Origin: a virus
Taxonomy: Duplodnaviria; Caudoviricetes
DNA length: 64,000 bases
IMG/VR virus record: IMGVR_UViG_3300005611_000006
Strand: one strand, 5' to 3'
In this document: positions 38,279-45,136 of the stretch, piece after piece
Layout of the letters: the number at the start of each line of letters is the position of its first letter
Numbering within the stretch: the stretch's first letter is position 1
The notes under the pieces: model-generated
Databases searched by the model: none
What the model saw: the letters and a program-made list of their open reading frames with translations, nothing else
Told to the model about the DNA's origin: nothing
Translations under genes and position numbers: made by a program

Positions 38279-38775
38279 CTCCTGAACAAAAGTTTCAACA
38301 ACTCTTTGAAGAAATGTATTCGCTTTGCGATGAACAGGGTTGGGGTGATCCTTTTTCTTACGCAAGATCTAGAGAAATTCATATGGCAGGAGTTCTGAAG
38401 CATCAAATTGCAAAAGAATATAGTGGTGCTGATGCTTATGACGAAGAAGGTGGAGCAGAATATAAATCTACTATTGCAAAAACTATAAATGCAACCTATA
38501 ATGGAATTAGTGTTCAAGACACTTGGGAAGATCAAGAAAGATATTTGATAGAAGATAAAATTGGTAAATATAAGAACCACTATTATGCACGCTATGAAGG
38601 TGGTAAAATTGTAGAAGTTTGGAAGTTAGATTGTAATGATGTACTTGCTATTATTCTTCCTAAAGCAAAGAAACAATATCCTAAGAAAAAGAATGGTAAT
38701 GCAAAAGATCCTCGTATCGGTGTTACTATCTCTAAGACAGAAATTTATTCAGTTGGAACCTGTATTTTTGGATGA
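38275..38775 (+). CDS. Putative PD-(D/E)XK restriction endonuclease, PvuII-like
   Basis: GADAYDEEGGAEYKS catalytic signature; similarity along the length to R.PvuII as recalled; adjacent methyltransferase. Confidence 0.6.
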   Translation: MTPEQKFQQLFEEMYSLCDEQGWGDPFSYARSREIHMAGVLKHQIAKEYSGADAYDEEGGAEYKSTIAKTINATYNGISVQDTWEDQERYLIEDKIGKYKNHYYARYEGGKIVEVWKLDCNDVLAIILPKAKKQYPKKKNGNAKDPRIGVTISKTEIYSVGTCIFG

Positions 38776-38778
38776 ACT

Positions 38779-39327
38779 ATGATAAACTCTAAAAAAATTA
38801 TGTATTCCTCAGGAAATAATGATGAATCATATACTCCTGATTATGGTGTAAAACCAATTCTAAAATATATCCCTAAAGATGCTGTTGTTTGGTGTCCATT
38901 CGATACTGAAGAAAGCGAATTTGTAAAACAAATTGGGGAGCAGAATGAAGTAATATATTCTCATATTCAAGATGGATCTGACTTTTTAACTTATGAACCA
39001 GAGTTTCATAAGTGGGATGTAATTGTATCAAATCCACCTTTTACAAATAAAAGAAAATACTTTGAACGAGCATTATCTTTTAACAAACCATTTGCATTAA
39101 TTATGACAAATACTTGGTTGAATGATTCTGCACCAAAGCAAATATTTAAGGATAGAGATCTACAACTTCTGATGTTTGATAAAAGGATGAAATTTAATAA
39201 TCCAGATGGTAGACCTAACGATAAGATTACATTTAGTAGTAGTTATTATTGTTGGAATTTTCTTCCGAAACAAATCATAATGGAAAATCTCGATGTGCCA
39301 ACTAAGAAAGCGGCACAAACCACTTGA
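38779..39327 (+). CDS. Small amino (N6-A or N4-C) DNA methyltransferase
   Basis: DESYTP..VVWCPFD (SAM-binding region)..DVIVSNPPF (catalytic motif IV). Confidence 0.85.
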   Translation: MINSKKIMYSSGNNDESYTPDYGVKPILKYIPKDAVVWCPFDTEESEFVKQIGEQNEVIYSHIQDGSDFLTYEPEFHKWDVIVSNPPFTNKRKYFERALSFNKPFALIMTNTWLNDSAPKQIFKDRDLQLLMFDKRMKFNNPDGRPNDKITFSSSYYCWNFLPKQIIMENLDVPTKKAAQTT

Positions 39328-39352
39328 CTTCTCAGTCAATCCTCTGTATAGT
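39294..39352 (+). promoter_or_regulatory. Palindrome promoter copy 9
   Basis: TGTGCCAACTAAGAAAGCGGCACA within the methyltransferase 3' end; TTGACT-17-TATAGT; 29 bp gap. Confidence 0.8.
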
Positions 39353-39374
39353 TACGAAGTAATCAAAAAACAAA

Positions 39375-39509
39375 ATGCACGAATCCACACTCGATCTTTT
39401 TTGTGACCAAGACGATGATAAATTTGCTGAAGAGTTTTGGTTGGAAATTGAAAGGAAAGCAGCAGAACTAGAAGTTACTGTTGATTATTATATGATGGAG
39501 TTTATGTGA
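39375..39509 (+). CDS. Acidic 44-aa early protein
   Basis: MHESTLDLFCDQDDDKFAEEFWLEIERKAAELEVTVDYYMMEFM*. Confidence 0.65.
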   Translation: MHESTLDLFCDQDDDKFAEEFWLEIERKAAELEVTVDYYMMEFM

Positions 39510-39516
39510 TTCCATT

Positions 39517-39587
39517 GCCCTTATAGTTAAAAGGTATAACAGTTGCCTTGTAAGCATCAATTTCCAGTTCAATTCTGGATGAGGGCT
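39517..39587 (+). tRNA. trnT: tRNA-Thr(TGT)
   Basis: GCCCTTA/TGAGGGC acceptor, loop CTTGTAA; one mismatch in the anticodon stem. Confidence 0.85.
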
Positions 39588-39602
39588 TTTACTTAACAAA
39601 AC

Positions 39603-39687
39603 TGTGCCACCTGTAGAACTGGCACAATAAATGAGCACAGATCCCAAAGTGCTCTATATTGGTTAAGTGGTTGAGAGAGACCACACT
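39603..39687 (+). promoter_or_regulatory. Palindrome promoter copy 10 (subfamily B, 85-bp repeat with 43892-43976)
   Basis: TGTGCCACCTGTAGAACTGGCACA; TATATT; leader hairpin GTGGT-TGAGAGAG-ACCAC. Confidence 0.85.
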
Positions 39688-39705
39688 CAAACTTTATTCT
39701 TTTCT

Positions 39706-40914
39706 ATGCCACTTCTTTCTTATCAGAAAACTGCTGTTGCTCAGATCAAAAAGCATAAGAAAGGAACTATCTTCATTCCTACTGGTGGTGGTAAAACATA
39801 TGTCTTTATGACAGATGCAAAGAATCGTATTCAAGAATCTAATTCTCCTCTCACTATTATTGTTGTTGCTCCTCGTATTCTTTTGTCTGAGCAACTTGCA
39901 TCTGAGTTTCAAGAGTTTCTAAAAGATGAAGAGATTTCAATTACTCACGTTCACTCTGGTCATAAGAATGGTACAACAAAACCACACGTAATTGCAACTT
40001 ATGATGCTGCTATAAAAGCATTGAATAAACATCATATTATATTTACAACTTACAAATCTCTTGAGAAGGTGAATGAGTCTGGCATTCCTATGAATGTTGT
40101 TTATTTTGATGAAGCACATAATGCAGTTAAACCAGCAACTCAAGTTGGTGTTGCACATACTTCTCAAGTCTCAGATCATACTTACTTCTTCACTGCAACT
40201 CCAAAGATTGCAATGAATCAGACAAATATCTATGGTTCTAACATTGTCTCGGTGTCTGCTACTGAATTGATAAACGCGGGAACTATTCTTTCTCCTAAAG
40301 TCGAAACTTATGAGTTCAACGAAATACGAACGAAAGAGAATGCGCCACTTGTCGATGCAAGTAATATCATTGGGATTCTGAGTGAAGTCGAGGAGGGGAA
40401 TCCTAAAGTTCTGGTTGCAGCACCATCAACCAAAATTATTTGGGAATCATTGTCACAGACTGCATTGCTTGGTGATCTGAATGCAATGGGTTACACAGTT
40501 ATGCACATCACCTCAAAGCACGGTGCATATATCGACAAGAAAAAAGTAAGTCGTCAAGTATTCTTTGAAAAACTGACAGAGTATGGAAATGATCCCACAA
40601 AGAAAATCATTGTGTTTCACTATTCAATCCTGTCAGAAGGTATCAATGTGCCCGGATTGACTCATTGCATTATGCTTAGGAATCTTCCGACAGTTGAGAT
40701 GTTGCAAACAATCGGTAGGGTCATTCGAGTTGCAAAGGAAGACAGAGATGCTATTGAGAAGAGAAAGATTCAACCAGGGCAATTTGAGTTCTACAAAAAG
40801 TCGGAGGGCAAAATTATCATTCCAGTATCTAAAGGATACGGAGCAAACATTCAACGGAACATTCAGAATCTTGTCGATGCGGTATTTGTACAAGGTCAAA
40901 CTGTAATCTCTTAA
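39706..40914 (+). CDS. SF2 DEAH helicase (ResIII-like)
   Basis: PTGGGKT, FDEAH, FTATP, LSEGINVP, QTIGRVIR; true start probably ATG 39706. Confidence 0.9.
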   Translation: MPLLSYQKTAVAQIKKHKKGTIFIPTGGGKTYVFMTDAKNRIQESNSPLTIIVVAPRILLSEQLASEFQEFLKDEEISITHVHSGHKNGTTKPHVIATYDAAIKALNKHHIIFTTYKSLEKVNESGIPMNVVYFDEAHNAVKPATQVGVAHTSQVSDHTYFFTATPKIAMNQTNIYGSNIVSVSATELINAGTILSPKVETYEFNEIRTKENAPLVDASNIIGILSEVEEGNPKVLVAAPSTKIIWESLSQTALLGDLNAMGYTVMHITSKHGAYIDKKKVSRQVFFEKLTEYGNDPTKKIIVFHYSILSEGINVPGLTHCIMLRNLPTVEMLQTIGRVIRVAKEDRDAIEKRKIQPGQFEFYKKSEGKIIIPVSKGYGANIQRNIQNLVDAVFVQGQTVIS

Positions 40915-40929
40915 TTTTCCGTAATTCAA

Positions 40930-41232
40930 ATGATACAAGAATGGAAATGTATGGTGAAAACACCATCAGGTCGAATTCAAACAATGTTTGTTGATGCTTA
41001 TGACATTGAGGATGCAACTATTGCTGCGGAATCTCAAACTGGAGGAGAAGCAATTAATGTAACTCCGCAATTTACTTCTAGTGATGATGCGGAATATTCT
41101 TCAGATTTTAGTGGAAGTGGATTACTTGGATTGATAATTATTGGACTTTGCTTCTACTTTTGGAAGTGGTTTCTAATGATTGGTGCAATTGGATTCATTT
41201 TATTCCTAATTTATCATTTCTGGGATGAATGA
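40930..41232 (+). CDS. Early membrane protein with C-terminal transmembrane hairpin
   Basis: Hydrophobic C-terminus GLLGLIIIGLCFYFWKWFLMIGAIGFILFLIYHFW. Confidence 0.7.
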   Translation: MIQEWKCMVKTPSGRIQTMFVDAYDIEDATIAAESQTGGEAINVTPQFTSSDDAEYSSDFSGSGLLGLIIIGLCFYFWKWFLMIGAIGFILFLIYHFWDE

Positions 41233-41240
41233 GAAGAATG

Positions 41241-41316
41241 TGTGCCACCTGTAGAACCGTCCCTAACACCCCCCACAACCCCCTCAGGGGTGCTATGATT
41301 ACGAAGTAATCAATCA
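41241..41316 (+). promoter_or_regulatory. Palindrome promoter copy 11 (subfamily C)
   Basis: TGTGCCACCTGTAGAACCGTCCCT; C-rich 29-bp spacer; TATGATTACGAAGTAATCAATCA. Confidence 0.85.
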
Positions 41317-41323
41317 GGGATGT

Positions 41324-41512
41324 ATGTTCATCATTTGTCCAGTTTCTTTTGATCTATGTGATGCAGAATGGTATGATGATATTGATGATGCATCTGAAAA
41401 TGCACTTGAATGGAGTGTTGATCTTCAAGGATCTAATGTAAAAGTTTACGAAGCAATTCTTCGTAATGATGAAACTTACTCTTTCAATTGTCTAAAGTCT
41501 ATTTGTGCTTGA
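41324..41512 (+). CDS. Acidic early protein
   Basis: 62-aa ORF after promoter copy 11. Confidence 0.65.
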   Translation: MFIICPVSFDLCDAEWYDDIDDASENALEWSVDLQGSNVKVYEAILRNDETYSFNCLKSICA

Positions 41513-41513
41513 A

Positions 41514-41717
41514 ATGAACATTTTTCCTCTTGATGATCAACTGGTAATGTTAATTGACCGACTGAATAATGCGGTCAATGTTTGTTATGAAGCACCAGAA
41601 ATTGAAGATCAAGGTTATGCTTATGCGACAGGTTATTCACGATCTGCGATGACTGATGTGGCAGATAGTTTAAGTAAAATTGTTAAACAAATCCGAGAGG
41701 ACAATGCAGAATCTTGA
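41514..41717 (+). CDS. Early hypothetical protein
   Basis: ..LIDRLNNAVNVC..GYAYATGYSRSAM.. Confidence 0.65.
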   Translation: MNIFPLDDQLVMLIDRLNNAVNVCYEAPEIEDQGYAYATGYSRSAMTDVADSLSKIVKQIREDNAES

Positions 41718-41877
41718 AATGTTGATGCAACGTGAACAATTAATGGAAGACATTCATTGTATCATTGAATCAAACTTTGGTGGGGTTGAATACAAAAAGT
41801 TGACGGATCATATCATCGATGATGTAATATGTCAACTTTGTGATGCTGTCTGTAAAAACTTTCCAATTAACAACTGA
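41704..41877 (+). CDS. Early hypothetical protein
   Basis: MQNLEMLMQREQLMEDI..LCDAVCKNFP. Confidence 0.65.
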   Translation: MQNLEMLMQREQLMEDIHCIIESNFGGVEYKKLTDHIIDDVICQLCDAVCKNFPINN

Positions 41878-42122
41878 TGAACTACACACTAAAAGATCTT
41901 CAAAATCGTGTCAACAATCTGATTGCACAACAGGGTGAAGATGCACCTGTCGCGTGGTGGATTTATACCAATGAGGATGTTTTTACTATTGATGACAATG
42001 GTAATGAACAATATAAACCACTTGATGTTTGTGAAAAAGTCTTATCAAATTTGTGGGACATTGATTACATTCATACTGTAATTGTTGATGCTATTGATGA
42101 AGAACTTCGAGAGACTAATTAA
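41877..42122 (+). CDS. Acidic early protein
   Basis: TLKDLQNRVNNLIAQQGEDAPVAWWIYTNEDV. Confidence 0.7.
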   Translation: MNYTLKDLQNRVNNLIAQQGEDAPVAWWIYTNEDVFTIDDNGNEQYKPLDVCEKVLSNLWDIDYIHTVIVDAIDEELRETN

Positions 42123-42127
42123 CATCT

Positions 42128-42203
42128 TGTGCCACCTGTAGAAGTGGCACTAACAACCCCCACAGTGCCCCCTGAGGCGCTATAATTACGAAGTAATCAA
42201 TCA
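42128..42203 (+). promoter_or_regulatory. Palindrome promoter copy 12 (subfamily C)
   Basis: TGTGCCACCTGTAGAAGTGGCACT; 29 bp gap; TATAATTACGAAGTAATCAATCA. Confidence 0.88.
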
Positions 42204-42210
42204 GACAGCA

Positions 42211-42888
42211 ATGGATCGCTCTCAAGTCATCGCCAAGATTCAATCAATTCTGAAACTTAAGAATGGAACTACATTCGATGGTGAGGCAGATGCTGCCGCT
42301 AAAATGATTGATAAACTTTGTAAACAGTATGGTGTCACTGTTAATGAAGCAACTGAAGTACAAGTTTCTGATGAAGAGTTTTCTTCATTCAAGAGAATCA
42401 ATCAAGCACACGCAACAATCCTGAATGCAATTGCATCTTTTTATGATGCAAAAGCATATCTTAAGAAGAGTGGAGATCTTAAATCTCTTCAGGTGATTGG
42501 TAGTGAGGGTCAGCAAATTCAGGTTAAACTTTACTTTGATTATCTGATTCAGGTAATGGAGAAAGAAGCAGAAGTTGCATATAAAGCAGAGAAAGTCATT
42601 GCTGATATTCAAGGAACTAAAGTATCACGTAGTTTCAAACTTAACTTTAGAAAGGCATTTGCAGATAAGATCTCCATTAGACTTGATGATATGAAAAAGC
42701 AAGAGGGTAGAGTTCACGAAGATAAAGAAGCAGTTTCCAAGAAATTATCTACTATGCGATTTGGAAATGTAAAGAGAGGAACATCTGCTAACGGTGCAGG
42801 TGCGGCATCTGGTAATTCTGTTGGTGCTGGTGTTTCTCTTCATAGGCAAACATCTGGAAGTGTTACAAAACAACTGTGTGGGGTATAA
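42211..42888 (+). CDS. DUF2786-like protein
   Basis: VIAKIQSILKL..TTFDGEADAAAKMIDKLCKQYGV N-terminal motif. Confidence 0.75.
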   Translation: MDRSQVIAKIQSILKLKNGTTFDGEADAAAKMIDKLCKQYGVTVNEATEVQVSDEEFSSFKRINQAHATILNAIASFYDAKAYLKKSGDLKSLQVIGSEGQQIQVKLYFDYLIQVMEKEAEVAYKAEKVIADIQGTKVSRSFKLNFRKAFADKISIRLDDMKKQEGRVHEDKEAVSKKLSTMRFGNVKRGTSANGAGAASGNSVGAGVSLHRQTSGSVTKQLCGV

Positions 42889-42933
42889 TTACCCTATTAT
42901 CCTATAAATAAATTTTTTCAATTTACAAGAATT

Positions 42934-43125
42934 ATGACTCCTCAAAAAATTCAAGAATACAAAGATTATGTTATTTCAGTTTTCAATGAAGATGTAAAAA
43001 ATCTTCTTGATGAATTTATTGAAAATGATCCAGAACTTAATCAACTCAATTACGATGATGTTGTTGATTATGTAAATGCTAATCTTAATAGTAAAGTAGA
43101 ATGGGTTGATCAAGTCTCACAATGA
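42934..43125 (+). CDS. Acidic 63-aa protein
   Basis: ORF preceded by TATAAATA (late-type promoter) at 42903. Confidence 0.6.
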   Translation: MTPQKIQEYKDYVISVFNEDVKNLLDEFIENDPELNQLNYDDVVDYVNANLNSKVEWVDQVSQ

Positions 43126-43134
43126 GACCGACCG

Positions 43135-43210
43135 TGTGCCAGTCCACAAACCGGCACACAACCCTCCCATAACGCCCCCTGAGGCGCTATGATTACAAGG
43201 TAATCAATCA
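43135..43210 (+). promoter_or_regulatory. Palindrome promoter copy 13 (subfamily C)
   Basis: TGTGCCAGTCCACAAACCGGCACA; 29 bp gap; TATGATTACAAGGTAATCAATCA. Confidence 0.85.
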
Positions 43211-43216
43211 ACCACT

Positions 43217-43399
43217 ATGGCAACTCGATACAGTGTCCTCTGTCCTTCACAACCTCAAGAATCTGAATCTGTATTAACATTAGATCAGGCGTGGGATGTA
43301 TGTTATGATCTTGCTGAAGAGTTTGGTTATGCTGAGGTGAGAGATCCTAATGGTGATTACATTGGAGATTGCGGTAATCCTGCATCATTCTTTAACTGA
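43217..43399 (+). CDS. Acidic early protein
   Basis: YSVLCPS..LDQAWDVCYDLAEEFGYAEVR. Confidence 0.7.
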   Translation: MATRYSVLCPSQPQESESVLTLDQAWDVCYDLAEEFGYAEVRDPNGDYIGDCGNPASFFN

Positions 43400-43420
43400 T
43401 TCAATCAACCCATTAACAAA

Positions 43421-43663
43421 ATGACTACTTCTACACTTTCAACTAAAACCTATCAAGGTTGGGCAAATTACGAGACTTGGAATGTCGCACTTTATATTGG
43501 TAATCATTATGGACTCTATAATCAAGCAAGGAGATCCAAAACCTATCAAGATCTTGTGAACTATTTGTATAAGTGTGGATCAACTGAAACTCCAGATGGT
43601 GTTGAATGGACTGATACTAAGATTGATGGTATTGCTATTAATGAGATGATGAAAGATCTCTGA
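43421..43663 (+). CDS. Early protein with YQGWANYETWNVALYI motif
   Basis: Motif I recognise from phage early proteins. Confidence 0.75.
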   Translation: MTTSTLSTKTYQGWANYETWNVALYIGNHYGLYNQARRSKTYQDLVNYLYKCGSTETPDGVEWTDTKIDGIAINEMMKDL

Positions 43664-43729
43664 TTGATGAATTGACCTGATGATGTCATTAAACTCATCA
43701 TATTGTACACACTAACTTCTTCTTTTATT

Positions 43730-43885
43730 ATGACTTCCATTAATCTTGATCTCACCCGTGAAGTTGCTATTGATATGCTTCGCAAGGGAAATACTGGTAA
43801 TGAGATTCTTCAGATCCTGAATGCTATTGTTCCTGATCAAGATGATGCACCTAATGAAGGTACACTGGAACCCATTGAGTTCTGA
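43730..43885 (+). CDS. 51-aa early protein
   Basis: MTSINLDLTREVAIDMLRKGNTGNEILQILN... Confidence 0.65.
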   Translation: MTSINLDLTREVAIDMLRKGNTGNEILQILNAIVPDQDDAPNEGTLEPIEF

Positions 43886-43891
43886 TACCCT

Positions 43892-43976
43892 TGTGCCACC
43901 TATACAAGTGTCACAATAAATGAGCACAGACCTCAAAATGGTCTATAGTGTATAGGTGGTTGAGAGAGACCACACT
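43892..43976 (+). promoter_or_regulatory. Palindrome promoter copy 14 (subfamily B)
   Basis: 73/85 identical to 39603-39687. Confidence 0.85.
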
Positions 43977-44000
43977 TTTGTTCTTTATTCCTTCTCATCA

Positions 44001-44177
44001 ATGACTACTTCACAACGAATGGAACGTCAATTCTTTATTCGATTCATCACACTTGTTAATGATGTGCAAGGATATACTCAACTGCCTTCTGAGATTAATT
44101 CTTCGCGGAAGTCAACTTGGATGAAACAAGTAAAGAATCCAAAAATGAAGAAAGATGCACTGTCTTCCGTGAAATAA
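44001..44177 (+). CDS. 58-aa basic early protein
   Basis: MTTSQRMERQFFIRFITLVNDVQG..LPS..RKSTW. Confidence 0.6.
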   Translation: MTTSQRMERQFFIRFITLVNDVQGYTQLPSEINSSRKSTWMKQVKNPKMKKDALSSVK

Positions 44178-44221
44178 TGGTATAAATGTTAACATATTAA
44201 AAATATGTTAAAAAACCATTA

Positions 44222-44302
44222 CTTATTCCTCTTAATGTCTCTATTATGTCTCTTAATGCCTGTTAATGTCTCTATTATTCCTCTTAATGCCTGTTAATGT
44301 CT
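44222..44302. repeat. Tandem 10/11-bp repeats (STTAATGYCT-type), about 8 units
   Basis: cttattcct cttaatgtct ctattatgtct cttaatgcct gttaatgtct ctattattcct cttaatgcct gttaatgtct. Confidence 0.85.
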
Positions 44303-44326
44303 TCACTTATTGTGATCTTAGCCAGC

Positions 44327-44385
44327 ATAATACCACAAAAACTTCGTGGTGTCAAGAGAACTGGGACACTTCACAAAGTGGCACA
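44327..44385 (-). promoter_or_regulatory. Palindrome promoter copy 15, inverted orientation
   Basis: Minus strand TGTGCCACTTTGTGAAGTGTCCCA, then TTGACA-17-TATTAT with extended TGn; same 29 bp gap. Confidence 0.8.
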
Positions 44386-44392
44386 TAATAAG

Positions 44393-44435
44393 TTTTCCAC
44401 AACCCTGTGGAAAACTATTAGTAACCTGTGGAAAA
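44393..44435. promoter_or_regulatory. Three cyanobacterial-type DnaA boxes (TTTTCCACA)
   Basis: Perfect matches at 44393-44401 (+), 44406-44414 (-) and 44427-44435 (-). Confidence 0.6.
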
Positions 44436-44452
44436 CTTATTAACTCATAGGG

Positions 44453-44482
44453 TTGACAATAACCACACAGTTAGATTATAAT
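44453..44482 (+). promoter_or_regulatory. Consensus sigma70-type promoter firing into non-coding DNA
   Basis: TTGACA-18-TATAAT. Confidence 0.65.
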
Positions 44483-44773
44483 AACAGTGAAATAACAGCA
44501 GTATTTTAGACCCCCCCCTATTCGTTCATTCTGAGTATTATGAATCAACAACAGTTCGTGTTCTTTATACGTTCTCTAAGGTGTCTATAATCGTCTACAA
44601 TCATACTGAGAGGTTATTCGAGTATAGTTCGTTGTTTTATTATTAGTTCGTGTTATAGACGATTCTGAGAGGAGTTATAACTTTAGAGTTTTCTGGGAGT
44701 TTATAATTGTGTAAGTTATATAATTATAATTAACTTTACCCGATGTATTATTATTATAAAATCTGAAAGGACA

Positions 44774-44815
44774 GTCTATTAGTAATACAATCTAATCCAA
44801 GTATTACTAATAGAC
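44774..44815. repeat. Perfect 15-bp inverted repeat
   Basis: GTCTATTAGTAATAC-12 bp-GTATTACTAATAGAC; a third half-site GTATTAGTAATAC at ~44826. Confidence 0.85.
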
Positions 44816-45136
44816 AGTCAGGTTAGTATTAGTAATACATTGGCAGTTTCTATTAATAATTCGTGTTCGTTCATTGACAGTTATACCGGGGGGTTTGTGT
44901 TAATTATTATGGGTAATGCGATATAAAAATGCCAAACATCCCTAACCTACAGAGGTGACAAATCGAGAGAGTGATTTCGAGTCAATAAAAAAAATTTTTC
45001 CCAAAATTTTTTAGAGAAAACCTTTTTTGGAGAAAAAAATTTCCGTGGTAAAAAACCTATGAGGGTATTCGATTGACAAGAGATAAATAATCGAGTATCA
45101 TTGAGTTGGTACAATATAACCTAATTATTACTTAAA

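Noticed and set aside
43677-43700. Hammerhead ribozyme (CTGATGA)
   Set aside because: No GAAA after stem II and no stem I/III arrangement.
39667-43999. Shared N-terminus MVERDHT in two predicted proteins
   Set aside because: It comes from GTG starts inside the duplicated leader hairpin; the likely starts are ATG 39706 and 44001.
36394-44385. TGGCAC as a sigma54 -24 element
   Set aside because: There is no TTGC at the required -12 spacing, the motif is one arm of a palindrome tied to sigma70-type -10 boxes, and cyanobacteria lack sigma54.
33208-44385. CRISPR array or true integron
   Set aside because: The repeats are degenerate and separated by hundreds to thousands of bp of genes; there is no cas or integrase gene and no attC GTTRRRY ends.
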